The translations under genes were made by a program, and so were the position numbers. DNA of 64,000 nucleotides, from the NCBI GenBank assembly GCA_963766655.1, contig CAVYBB010000002.1, positions 300,300 to 364,299 of the forward strand. The letters are read 5' to 3'. Origin of the DNA: an uncultured Chloroflexia bacterium. Lineage in GTDB: Bacteria; Chloroflexota; Limnocylindria; Limnocylindrales; CSP1-4. The stretch's first letter is position 1. The number at the start of each line of letters is the position of its first letter. The notes under the pieces are model-generated. The model saw nothing but the letters and a program-made list of their open reading frames with translations. It had not been told where the DNA came from and did no database searches. This document shows positions 10,887 through 22,061 of this stretch, piece after piece.

Positions 10887-11770
10887 CAGGCGGCCGCCTC
10901 GCGCGCGGTTCGTGTCGGTGGCGGCGAGACGCGGCCGGCCGCCAGGTGGCCGATGACGACCTCCTCCAGCGTTGCCGGACGCCCGCCCGCACCTCTGCCC
11001 GCGGCCTCGGCGATGAGCGTCAGGCGCTCTCCGGTCGCCGACGGAAACGATCCGACGGCCGCGGCGCCGATCGGCCGCGGCTCGTCTGCGCCGACGACGC
11101 GATGGCCGTCGATCGCCTCGCGGATCGAGACCGCGAGGAGCGACCGCCCGCCGCCGAGGACGATGAGGCTGTCGCACGCCTGCTCGATGTCGGTGATGAC
11201 GTGGGACGAGAGCAGGGCCGTCGAACCCGCCGCCCGCACGGCGTCGACGAGGACATGCAGGAACTCCCGGCGGGCAAGGGGATCAAGGCTCGCCAGCGGC
11301 TCATCGAGGAGGAGGACCGGCGCCCGCGTGCCCAGCGCGAGCGCCAGCCCCACCTGCGCCTGCTGTCCCCCAGACAGCTGGTCGGCGCGGGAGTCGAGCG
11401 GAATCGAGAGATCGTCGAGGTATCGCCGTGCCAGGCCGCGATCGAATCCCGGCCGGTGGCTGACGGCGAACGCGAGGTGGTCGTCGACGCTGAGTTCGCG
11501 ATAGAGCGACGGCGCCTGCGGAACGTAGCCCGTGAGCGAGATCGCGGCCGCGCGATGGCGGACCGGGTCGATGCCGCAGATCCGGAGCCGGCCGGTGGTC
11601 GGTCGTTCGAAGCCGATCCACGCCTTCAGGAGGGTCGACTTGCCGGAGCCGTTCGGGCCGACGAGCGCGGTGATGCTGCCCTCCTCGACGGCAAGATCCA
11701 GGTCCCGCAGCGCCCAGCGCCGCCGGCCATACCGCTTGCCGAGCCGGGTCGTCTCGAGCACCGCCGTCAT
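10887..11770 (-). CDS. ABC transporter ATP-binding protein
   Basis: Walker A GPNGSGKST, signature LSGGQQ, Walker B LLLDEP. Start at MTAVLETTRLGKRY. Confidence 0.8.
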
Positions 11771-11919
11771 CGCGCCACCTCTCCGCCCGGACGGTCGAGG
11801 CGCCGGGACAACGCCACTGTGGGCGCCCGGGCGCCCTGTCGGCAGCGGTCGCATCCCGAGACGACGTTGCGGGATTCCCCGGACCGCGCGAGGCGGTGCC
11901 GCCTGCTACCGTCGCCCCA

Positions 11920-13612
11920 ATGAACAAGCAGACCAGGGACTGGCTCGCGGGGGCGGTTGCGGCCGTCAGCCTCAGCTTCAGCCTCGTCGTGCTCCTGTTC
12001 GGCGGCTACGACCCGGGACTCCGCATCGCTCCCGCCGACGGCGGTCTTGTCGTCACCGAGGTCGCTTCGTTCAGCCAGGCGGCCCGGGACGGCGTCCAGC
12101 CTGGGATGCGGTTGATCAACCTGAACAACCGGCAGCTCATCCGTCTGCCGACGATCACCTACCCTGAGCAGGATCCCCAGAACCCCGACCAGGACCCCGG
12201 ACCCGGCGTCATCGATCCGGCCGAGCCGACGCCGGTCGACATATCCGCGGACGAGCTGTTCCGGCTGTCGCAGGCGCGGATCGACCAGGCGGATCTCCTC
12301 AGCCCCGGTGAACTGGAGAAGTGGACCGCTGATTCGTGCTGCGTCCTCAGCGTCTACTACCCGGGACCCGGGTCGATCAATGAGGCGAGCGCGGCGCTTC
12401 TCCCGGCCCTCGCGATCCTGTTCGGCGGCGTCTGGTGGCTCAGTCGCGGGCGGGCCGGCGACTCACTCCGGGCAAGTCGCGATCCCTGCCGCGACGGCCG
12501 CGTCGACTCCGCTGCTCGTCCAGCCGATGCTCGCGACCTTCTCGCCCGGCGTCGTGATCGTCGCGGGTCTCCTGACGGTCGCCGCGATGATTCCGCTCGC
12601 GGTCGGCCTCGCCGAGCGAATCGAGGATGCAAGCGACCACCGGATGAACCTGGTGGCGATCGGGGCGTTCTCGGTGGTTGCGATCGTCAGCGTGCTCTTT
12701 GTCGTAACGGGCGGCGTTCAGAACCTGCCCGGTAACGGGATCCTGCGATGGGCGTCCATCGGTGCGATCCCCCTCGTTCCCGGGCTCGCCGCGGCCGGCC
12801 CCATCGACTTCAGCGGGCTGCGGGTCGTCGGCAGCTCGACGCGCAGGCTGCTCCAATCCACAGAGCTCGCCCTCGCCGGTGCGACGCCGCTCTTCGCGAT
12901 CGCCACGGACAGGTCGCCATATGTCTGGCCGATCGCCTTCTGGCTCGGCGCCATCGCCGTCGCCGGGCGCTTCACTGTTCGCCCGCTTGCCCGCCTTGCC
13001 ACCCGCGCCCAGCTCCAGCGCGACCTGGTCGTCGCAGCGACGGAGGCGGAGCGCGCTCGGCTGGCCGCCGACATCCACGACGAGGCGCTCCAGGAGCTGA
13101 CCCTCCTCGTCCGGCGGCTCGAGACGTCCGGCGATACGGAGGGGGCGGCGCTCGGGCGGACGGTCGCCGATCGGTTGCGGGCGATCTGCGGCGACCTCCG
13201 TCTTCCGATCCTCGACGATCTCGGTGTGGGGCCGGCGCTCGACTGGCTGGTCCTGCGGATCGAGCGGCTCGCGGGCGGCGAGGTGCGCCTCGAACGGACC
13301 GACGGCACGCGCCCGCCGCCCGACGTCGAACTGGCGATCTTTCGCGTTGCCCAGGAGGCGCTCGCGAATGCCGTCAAGCACGGCCAGCCGCCGATCGTCG
13401 TTCGGTACCGGACGACGGGGTCCGGCGCCTCGCTGTCGATCGACGACTCCGGGCCCGGCATCGCCCCGGACGCCGGCGCGGCCGCGGAGCGTGGCGAGCA
13501 CTTCGGCCTGCTCAACATGCAGCAGAGGGCGGAGCAGATCGGCGCGATCCTCGACATTCGCCGCTGGCCGGGCGGCGGAACCCACGTCGCGCTGGAGTGG
13601 CGCCAGCGGTGA
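11920..13612 (+). CDS. Sensor histidine kinase (HisKA_3/NarL-type partner) with an N-terminal TM-PDZ sensor; apparent frameshift near 12465
   Basis: Frame 1 carries TM1, a PDZ-like segment (GGLVVTEVASFSQAARDGVQPGMRLINLNN) and TM2. After about 12470 the frame switches, and that second frame carries several TM helices, the H-box ERARLAADIHDEALQEL and an HATPase_c domain (DDSGPGI). There is no stop in frame 1 until 12735, where the downstream frame-1 sequence is Arg-rich junk. Confidence 0.6.
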
Positions 13613-14250
13613 CCTCCGAGACGGTCTCGGACTCCCCGATCCGGATCGCGATCGTGGACGACCACCCTGTCCTGCGGGAGGGAACCGCGGCGCTCCTCGC
13701 AGCCCAGCCCGGCCTCGAGATCGCAGGCGTGGCATCCACACTCGAGGAGGCGGATGCGCTCCTGGCATCTGAGGCGGTCGATGTGCTCCTCCTCGACATC
13801 CGCCTGGGGTCCGACAGCGGCCTGCGCCTGCTGACTGCAAACGAACCGGCCCGGCCACGGCCGGCGATCGTCGTCCTGACCTCGTATGACTACCCGCAGT
13901 ACGCGGAGGCCGCGCTCCGCCTCGGCGCGTCTGGGTTCGTCCTCAAGACCGCCCCGATCGCCGAGCTGCTCGACGCGATCCGGCGGGCAGCCGCGGGCGG
14001 GCTCGCGTTCGGGGTCCGGCCGGGACGGGGTGCGGCGATCGCCCGCCTGAGCGGACGCGAGCTCGACGTCGTCCGGCTCGTGGTCGATGGCCGCTCGAAC
14101 GACGAGATCGCGGCGCGGCTGGGGATCGGCGCGAAGACCGTCGAATCACATCTTCGCCGTCTGTTCGAGCGGTTCGATATTGCCTCCCGCACGGAGCTGG
14201 CGACCCGCGCTCTCCGCGAAGGCTGGCTCGAGGTGCCGCCCGCCGGCTGA
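13609..14250 (+). CDS. NarL/LuxR-family response regulator
   Basis: REC domain (IAIVDDHPVLREG, LLLDIRL) and a LuxR HTH (LSGRELDVVRLVVDGRSNDEIAARLGIGAKTVESHL). Its GTG start overlaps the kinase stop (GTGA). Confidence 0.8.
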   Translation: MTSETVSDSPIRIAIVDDHPVLREGTAALLAAQPGLEIAGVASTLEEADALLASEAVDVLLLDIRLGSDSGLRLLTANEPARPRPAIVVLTSYDYPQYAEAALRLGASGFVLKTAPIAELLDAIRRAAAGGLAFGVRPGRGAAIARLSGRELDVVRLVVDGRSNDEIAARLGIGAKTVESHLRRLFERFDIASRTELATRALREGWLEVPPAG

Positions 14251-14410
14251 CGCCGCCCTCCGGAGCGGTCTCGTTCGCCGTTTGGCTCGCCCGGCGTTCC
14301 GGGCGCCGCGGGGCGGCCGCGCACCCCCGTACGTTCGGGCGATGGGACGGACACGGTGCGCGAGGGACTAGGATTGCGCCGGAACCACTACCGATGAAGC
14401 CTCCCAGTCG

Positions 14411-15406
14411 ATGCCGAACCTGCCGCTCCCACGCCGCCGCCTTCACCGTGGCGTCACGGGCAGTGTGGTGCTGCCCGGCGCGGTAGACGTCTCCAACCCG
14501 GAGATCATCGAATCGAGCGGACTTCGCTGGATCCACATCGAAGAGCCTCGCCAGGTCGACCGCGAGTGGCTCGAGGCGAACTTCGACTTCCACCAGCTGG
14601 ACTACGAGGACGTCTATTCCCGTAACCAGCGCCCCAAGCTCGACTCGTACGACGACTACATCTTCATCGTCCTGCACTTCCCGGTCTTCGAGAAGTCGAC
14701 CGGCCGCCTGCTGTCGGCAGAGCTCGACCTGTTCATCGGGCCCGATTACCTGATCACCCTGCCCGACACGCCGTTGCCGCCGCTCGGCGCCATGTTCGAG
14801 CGTCTCCGGTCGCGTGAAGACCTCCGCGAGCAGAACTTCTCGAAGGGCTCGGGCTACCTCCTCTACAAGATCGTCGACACCAATGTCGATGCCGCCTTCC
14901 CGATGCTCCGCAAGATGGGCAACAAGCTCGACCGGCTCGAGGACGACATCTTCGAGGGGCGCTCGTCGGAGATCGTGCGAGATATCTCGAACGCGAAGCA
15001 GGAGATCATCAACTTCCGCAAGATCGTCCGTCCCCAGCGCGCCGTGCTCCGCGATCTCGAGCGGACCAAGCAGCGCTACCTGGCGGAAGAGCTCGAGATC
15101 TACTTCGACGACATCTCGGACGCCGCCGAGCGCATCTGGGACACGCTCGAGAACTACAAGGAGGTCGTCGAGGCGCTGGAGTCGACGAACGAATCCGTCC
15201 TGTCGCACCGCCTCAACGATTCGTTCCGGATCCTGACCGCGGCCAGCGTCATCCTCCTGCCGCTGACGCTCATCGCGAGCGTCTACGGGATGAACGTGCC
15301 GGTTCCCGGGGAGGGCACGCCGTTCGCGTTCTGGCTCATCGTCGGGCTGATGGCCGCGATGCTCCTCGTCCTCGTCGTCGTGTTCCGGAGGCGCGGCTGG
15401 CTGTAG
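14411..15406 (+). CDS. corA: Magnesium/cobalt transporter CorA
   Basis: CorA fold with the YGMNV (GMN) motif, followed by two C-terminal TM helices. Confidence 0.85.
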   Translation: MPNLPLPRRRLHRGVTGSVVLPGAVDVSNPEIIESSGLRWIHIEEPRQVDREWLEANFDFHQLDYEDVYSRNQRPKLDSYDDYIFIVLHFPVFEKSTGRLLSAELDLFIGPDYLITLPDTPLPPLGAMFERLRSREDLREQNFSKGSGYLLYKIVDTNVDAAFPMLRKMGNKLDRLEDDIFEGRSSEIVRDISNAKQEIINFRKIVRPQRAVLRDLERTKQRYLAEELEIYFDDISDAAERIWDTLENYKEVVEALESTNESVLSHRLNDSFRILTAASVILLPLTLIASVYGMNVPVPGEGTPFAFWLIVGLMAAMLLVLVVVFRRRGWL

Positions 15407-15454
15407 GCCGGCCAGGAGCAGGACGCGCGCCCGCGGTCAGGGTCCATTGGCACC

Positions 15455-15615
15455 TGGTCCGGCTGGCGGACCAACGAGCGGTCGGGAGGGTCCAGTCCGA
15501 CCGGATTCAGGACTTCGTCCGCCGCCTGGTCCGGCTACCGGACCAGTTGACGGTGGAATGGGCCGATTCCGGCAAGAATTGGTGCCTCGTTCGTCCGTTG
15601 GTCCGGCTGGCGGAC
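15455..15615. repeat. Three copies of the 17 nt hairpin GGTCCGGCT(GG/AC)CGGACC at exact 72 bp spacing, sitting between convergent genes
   Basis: Hairpins at 15455-15471, 15527-15543 and 15599-15615. Each has a 6 bp stem (GGTCCG/CGGACC) and a 5 nt loop; the flanking 72 bp units are degenerately similar. Confidence 0.7.
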
Positions 15616-15701
15616 CGAGGAACCAGTTTGAGCGCGGTCCCGAGGCGTGGAGCGCGTTGGGGCGTGACGCGGCCGGCCGGATCGAGGCCGCCACGGTTGA
15701 G

Positions 15702-16901
15702 TCAGGCGGTCGGGAGGTCGCGCTCCGCCGGGCCGATGTAGCGGACGTCCGGCCGGATGAGGCGGTTGTCGGCCGATTGCTCAAGGACGTGGGCGGTCCA
15801 GCCGGCGTGGCGGGCGAGCGAGAAGGCCGCCGGGAAGAGGTCGGGCGTCAGGCCGACGCCCTGGAGGACCGGCGCCGCGTAGTACTCGACGTTCGTCTTG
15901 AGTGCCCGCTCGGGGTGACGCTCTGCAAGGACGCGCAGGGCGACGTCCTCGACCTGGATCGCGAGCGCGAGCCACTCTGGCTTGTGCTCCATGCCCTCGG
16001 CGACTTTCCGCAATGCAGCGGCGCGCGGGTCGTAGGCCCGGTAGACCCGGTGTCCGAAGCCCATGAGCCGCTCACCGCGATCGATCGCATCTCGCAGCCA
16101 TGCCTCGGCGTGCTCCGGCGATCCGACCTTTGCGAGCTGGTCGACGACCTCCGACGGGGCGCCGCCGTGGAGCGGTCCCTTCATCGTCCCGATGGCCCCG
16201 GCAACTGCGGACGCGATGTCGGACCGGGTCGAGGTGATCACCCGGGCCGTGAACGTCGACGCGTTGAAGCCATGCTCGGCGCCGACGATGAAGTACGCAT
16301 CGAGCGCGCGCGCGGTGCTTGCGTCCGGTCGCTCGCCCCTGAGTTGGAAGAGGAACCCCTCGACGAGATCGAGGGACGGATCTGGCTCGATCGGGTCGCG
16401 GCCCTCCCGCAGCCGGGTGAAGGCCGCCAGGGCCGACGGCGAGAACGAGGTGAGTGCCCGGGCCTGCTCGACTGTCGGCGGCCAGGGCAGATCCTGGGTC
16501 GCTCCCCAGGCCGAGACTGCCGTGCGCAGTGCATCCATCGGCTTCGTGGTTGTCGGGAGGTCCCGGAGGATCTCCAGGACCGGGCCCGGAATCGGGCCGG
16601 TCGGCAGCCGGTGGTCCGGCACCCAGTCGCCGGTCCAGAGGAGGTTCGCGACGGCGGGGTAGCTCCCGTGTTCGACGAGATCACCGATCCGGTAGCCACG
16701 GTAGATGAGCCGCCCCCGCTCGCCATCGACCTTGCTGAGGGCGGTCTCGCCGGCGAGCACCCCCTCCAGGCCCGGCGAGTAGGGCCGCGGATCGGCCGGC
16801 TGCCCGGTCTGCGGCTCGGTCGGCGCGGCGGACGTCGTCGGGTCGGTCACGTCGTTGATGGTAGACCGGCCGCCTGCAGCGTGCGGCGACCGCGGTTCCA
16901 C
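15702..16901 (-). CDS. Citrate synthase family protein (citrate or 2-methylcitrate synthase)
   Basis: Citrate synthase motifs (GFGHRVY, HGGA, LIYRGYRI). The precise start is uncertain: ATG/TTG at 16901 or a downstream GTG. Confidence 0.75.
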   Translation of the reverse strand: MEPRSPHAAGGRSTINDVTDPTTSAAPTEPQTGQPADPRPYSPGLEGVLAGETALSKVDGERGRLIYRGYRIGDLVEHGSYPAVANLLWTGDWVPDHRLPTGPIPGPVLEILRDLPTTTKPMDALRTAVSAWGATQDLPWPPTVEQARALTSFSPSALAAFTRLREGRDPIEPDPSLDLVEGFLFQLRGERPDASTARALDAYFIVGAEHGFNASTFTARVITSTRSDIASAVAGAIGTMKGPLHGGAPSEVVDQLAKVGSPEHAEAWLRDAIDRGERLMGFGHRVYRAYDPRAAALRKVAEGMEHKPEWLALAIQVEDVALRVLAERHPERALKTNVEYYAAPVLQGVGLTPDLFPAAFSLARHAGWTAHVLEQSADNRLIRPDVRYIGPAERDLPTA

Positions 16902-16905
16902 GGGC

Positions 16906-17163
16906 TCAGCGTCGGGAGTCCGGGCTCAGGGCCTCGAGGATGACCCGGACGACGATCGAGCCGAGGACGGACACGACGACCGCTGCGATGAAGCCCTGGC
17001 CCTGGCTGAAGCCCATCTGGCTGGCCAGCCAGCCACCGACGATCGCGCCGAGCACTCCGACGACGACGTTCGGGAGGCATCCGCGGGCCGTCCGCCCGCC
17101 GACGACGGCCCCGGACAGTGCGCCCCCGAGGAAGCCGATGATGATCCAGTAGAGGAGGTCCAT
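16906..17163 (-). CDS. GlsB/YeaQ/YmgE-family small membrane stress protein
   Basis: MDLLYWIIIGFLGGALSG followed by Gly-rich helices, typical of transglycosylase-associated proteins. ATG at 17163. Confidence 0.6.
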   Translation of the reverse strand: MDLLYWIIIGFLGGALSGAVVGGRTARGCLPNVVVGVLGAIVGGWLASQMGFSQGQGFIAAVVVSVLGSIVVRVILEALSPDSRR

Positions 17164-17167
17164 CCAT

Positions 17168-18013
17168 TCAGTCTGACAGGTCGGCCGTGCCGAGGAACGA
17201 CTCCACGGCGGCGACGAATGCCTCGACATGGGTGTGGTGGGCCGCGTGCCGCGCGCCCTCGATCACCACCACCCGCCCGTTCCGCAGCCGCGCGTCGAGC
17301 TCGTCCGTGGCTTCCCGGAACGGCAGCGCACTCTCGCCGCCCAGCAGCTGGAGGACCGGCACGTGGACCGCGCCGAGCGCGTCGAGCGACGCGGCAGGGG
17401 CAGCCTCTCCCTCGAGCTCGCGCAGCGTCGTCCCGACGGCCGCCGCACGGACCGGCCAGATCGGATCGGCGCGGTACGCCGCGAGGTCGGCCGGGGACAT
17501 CCGGACGATCTCGCGCATGAACGTTTCGAGCGCCCCGTCGCGGTCGCCGGCCCCGATCAGGCGGGCGATCCGGCGCTCGACCCCTGAGGGCCGGTATCCG
17601 CGCCGGCGATCGGCGGAATCGGGCGGGCTCGGGGCGCCCTCGTAGACGACCACACGCCTGATGCTCGTCGTCAGCAGGGACGCACCCAGGGCGCACCGGC
17701 CGCCGTACGAGTGGCCGACGATATCGACCGCCGCCCCGGCCTCGGCTGCTGCCGAGTCGGCGACCGCGGCCAGGTCCTCGTATTCATGTTCGATCGAGTA
17801 CGTCGGGCCGTCGCCCGATGCGCCGCGGCCGCGACGGTCGACCGCGTGGAGCCGGTGGTGCCGCTGAAGCTGCGGTCCGGCGGTCCGCCATGTCGTATGG
17901 TCGGCCGTTGCGCCGTGGACGAGGACGAGTGGCGGCCCGTCGCCCGAGGAGAAGATCGCGATCGGCGTGCCGTCGCGCGAGACGACATGCCGGTGGGCCG
18001 TCGTCACGGTCAC
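17168..18013 (-). CDS. Alpha/beta hydrolase
   Basis: LVLVHG oxyanion region and the nucleophile elbow GHSYGG. Its GTG start overlaps the pgl stop (GTGA). Confidence 0.6.
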   Translation of the reverse strand: MTVTTAHRHVVSRDGTPIAIFSSGDGPPLVLVHGATADHTTWRTAGPQLQRHHRLHAVDRRGRGASGDGPTYSIEHEYEDLAAVADSAAAEAGAAVDIVGHSYGGRCALGASLLTTSIRRVVVYEGAPSPPDSADRRRGYRPSGVERRIARLIGAGDRDGALETFMREIVRMSPADLAAYRADPIWPVRAAAVGTTLRELEGEAAPAASLDALGAVHVPVLQLLGGESALPFREATDELDARLRNGRVVVIEGARHAAHHTHVEAFVAAVESFLGTADLSD

Positions 18014-18858
18014 CGACGGAGCGCGGACGCCGCCGCCGTGTCGAGGATCCAGGTGGCGCCGGCGCGGCGCGCAAGCTGGGCCGGCCAGCGCCGCTCGTCG
18101 CGGACCGGACCCAGGATCTCGGCGAGGATCTGTGCCTTCGCCGCCCCGTGCGAGACGACGATGATCCGGTGGGCAACATCGAGGACGCGCGGGTTGAGCG
18201 TGACACGGGCGACATGCGGCTCGACGGTGGTCGGGGCGGCCACGCCCAATACCGTGTCGTCTCGATCGAACGTCTCCGAGTTCGGGAAGACCGACAGGAC
18301 GTGACCGTCCGGTCCGATCCCCAGGAGGATGAGATCGAATGCCGGCCATCGGCCCTCGACCGGCGGGCCGTCTTCCCTGAGCATCTCCGCGTACCGTTGC
18401 GCCGCCCAGATCGGGCGGAGGCCCTCGGCGATCGCCGAGCCGGTCGGCACCGTGTGCACGTTGTCGGCCGGGATCGGCGCTCCGGCCGTGCGACCGCCGG
18501 CCACGTCGACCCCGGAGGTCCCCGTCCCGGATTCGCCGCTGAGCGCCCCGATCTCGAGCAGGTCGGCAAGCGCGATCTTCGCGTTCGAGAGCGGATGATC
18601 GAGGGGGACGAAGCGCTCATCGCCCCACCACAGGTCGACGAGGTCCCACGGGACGCGGTCGCGAAGAGGCGGTTCGGCGAGGTTCCGGTAAATCGGGCCG
18701 GGCGTCGAGCCGCCCGTCGTCGCCCAATGCGCACGACCGTTGTCGCGAACGGCGGAGATGAGCGCGGTCGCGATCATGGCCGCGGCCGTCCTCGAGCAGT
18801 CCTCCGGGTCAGCCCGGATCGCGATCTCCGGTTCGTTCGGGTTCGGGGTGGCGGTCAC
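18010..18858 (-). CDS. pgl: 6-phosphogluconolactonase
   Basis: ATTGGSTP and GIGPDGH motifs. Its GTG start overlaps the opcA stop. Classic zwf-opcA-pgl gene order. Confidence 0.75.
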   Translation of the reverse strand: MTATPNPNEPEIAIRADPEDCSRTAAAMIATALISAVRDNGRAHWATTGGSTPGPIYRNLAEPPLRDRVPWDLVDLWWGDERFVPLDHPLSNAKIALADLLEIGALSGESGTGTSGVDVAGGRTAGAPIPADNVHTVPTGSAIAEGLRPIWAAQRYAEMLREDGPPVEGRWPAFDLILLGIGPDGHVLSVFPNSETFDRDDTVLGVAAPTTVEPHVARVTLNPRVLDVAHRIIVVSHGAAKAQILAEILGPVRDERRWPAQLARRAGATWILDTAAASALRR

Positions 18859-20093
18859 TCGATGGGCCCTCCGGCAAGCTCGGCCGCCATGCGCGTCGCC
18901 CCGATGGCGATCGGGTCGCGGCCGCCGGCCTCGATCGCCTCGGCCAGGAGATCGATGTCCGTCTTTCGGGGCGCGTTGAAGCCGCGCTCGAGGCAGTGGA
19001 CCCCGTCCTGCCAGACGCGGGCATGAACGGCCTCCTGCTCGGCGGTAACGTCGGCACGGAGCTCGGAGCCGCGGTGGTCGGCGCGCAACTCGATCCGCAG
19101 GGTCGTTCCCGGCGGCATCTCCGAGAGAACCGGTCGGATGACCACCGCGACGTCGGTCCGATCCCGCCGGAGGGTGGCACCGAACCCGCCACCGGAGATC
19201 TGCAGCGGCGCAGCTCGACCGGGCCCGGCCGCGGCCGGCCGGACGTGGTTGACGATCGGTGACAGTGGTCGGCCCACCCGCATCCCCAGGCGCGAGGCGA
19301 GCCAGGCCGCGTGGTAGACGGGCTTGACGATGTTCGTCGGCTCGACTCCGCCTTCGTCCCGGACCCCGTACGTCACGCTGATCCGGCGGATATGGCGGAG
19401 GTACGGCAGGAAGTCGGGGATGTCGAAGATCGACGCAATGGCCTCGCGCCAGCGGGACTGGCGAACAAGGGCGAAGTCGGAGATGGCGATCGGACGGCGT
19501 TCCTGGAGAGCGGCGAGGCGGCGGATCTGCGGGAGGCCCGTCCCGTGCCACGTCGAGCCGTCGATGACGAGCCGGTCGCACATGTCGAAGACATCGTTCG
19601 CCTGCTGGCTCCCGAACGGCGGCTCGTCGGGCCACCAGACCGTGACCGGCAGGTCGTGGATCAGGAGCGGGGCAACGATCGCATCGAGGTGGCGACCCGA
19701 TTCACCCCCGCACATCAGGTAGATCGTCTCCGCGCAGGTCGCCGGGGCGTCCTCCCGCGGCATCACGCAGTGGGCCTGGACCTGCGCGTCGAGCCACGAC
19801 GGCCCGTCGGGATCGGTGGGGGAGACGATGAGAGTCCGCGACGGATGGCGGCCGGTCAGGGACTCGATCGTCGCGGCGCAACGCTCGCCGACTTCCGGCC
19901 GCCGGGCGATGACCACGAGATTCATCACGCTTGTCCGTGCCGCGACGTGATGTTCGGCCGCGTCCTCGGCCTCGAAGACCGGTCGGAGATCGGGCCGGGC
20001 CCAGAACCGGGCGAGCTCCTGCTCGATCCCGTCGATCGTCGTCGCACGCGACCGCCAGCGCAGGCCCGGATCGACGGGGAGGACCGAGCCCAT
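18855..20093 (-). CDS. opcA: Glucose-6-phosphate dehydrogenase assembly protein OpcA
   Basis: OpcA-family similarity. ATG at 20093 (MGSVLP) is preferred over the ORF-track TTG at 20108, which lies inside the junction repeat. Confidence 0.75.
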   Translation of the reverse strand: MGSVLPVDPGLRWRSRATTIDGIEQELARFWARPDLRPVFEAEDAAEHHVAARTSVMNLVVIARRPEVGERCAATIESLTGRHPSRTLIVSPTDPDGPSWLDAQVQAHCVMPREDAPATCAETIYLMCGGESGRHLDAIVAPLLIHDLPVTVWWPDEPPFGSQQANDVFDMCDRLVIDGSTWHGTGLPQIRRLAALQERRPIAISDFALVRQSRWREAIASIFDIPDFLPYLRHIRRISVTYGVRDEGGVEPTNIVKPVYHAAWLASRLGMRVGRPLSPIVNHVRPAAAGPGRAAPLQISGGGFGATLRRDRTDVAVVIRPVLSEMPPGTTLRIELRADHRGSELRADVTAEQEAVHARVWQDGVHCLERGFNAPRKTDIDLLAEAIEAGGRDPIAIGATRMAAELAGGPIE

Positions 20094-20294
20094 CAGATCC
20101 GCCTCCAACGCCGGAACCTCGGGCCGATGGCGTCGCGGAGCTCCGCTTCGGACCTCGGTGGGCGAGCGTCAGATGGCCGCTGAGGGTGGCTCATCAGATG
20201 CGCCTCCATCGTCGGAACCTCGGGCCGATGGCGTCGGGGACCTCCGCCTCGGACCTCGGTGGGCGGGCGTCAGATGGCCGCTGAGGGTGCCTCA
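20094..20294. repeat. Tandem duplication (two ~96 bp units plus a partial copy) of the zwf-stop/opcA-start junction
   Basis: The unit TGATGAG.CACCCTCAGCGGCCATCTGACGC.CGCCCACCGAGGTCCGA.GCGGAG.TCC.CGACGCCATCGGCCCGAGGTTCCG.CG.TGGAGGCG.ATC repeats. Each copy ends with the ATCTGATG junction that is also present at the true zwf 3' end (RRWRRI*). Confidence 0.75.
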
Positions 20295-21830
<1,536 letters not shown>

Positions 21831-22061
21831 CTGGGGCTTCCGGCGGCTCGTCCGCGAGAGGCGCAGCTCGCGCATCGTCCGTGGCGCGTCCTTCGCCCGG
21901 GGCGATGGGTGCGGGGTCTTGTCGGGTGCCGATTCCGGACCGACGAAGGGCGACTCGCCGGGCGCGGTCGGTGGCGCGCCCGGGGTGTCGGGGTGGACGC
22001 GTCGCCGTTTCGGTGCCGCGGTGTCGGTCACGTGATCCTCGCGGCCGCTACTCGGTCCGTC

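Noticed and set aside
15447-16943. A 498-aa plus-strand ORF starting in the hairpin-repeat region and running antisense through citrate synthase
   Set aside because: It is antisense to a strongly supported gene. The 24-aa periodic N-terminal peptide is explained by the 72 bp DNA repeat.
20108-20108. ORF-track start of opcA at 20108 (MEADLM)
   Set aside because: The codon is TTG and lies inside the duplicated junction repeat. The ATG at 20093 reproduces the canonical ATCTGATG zwf/opcA junction.
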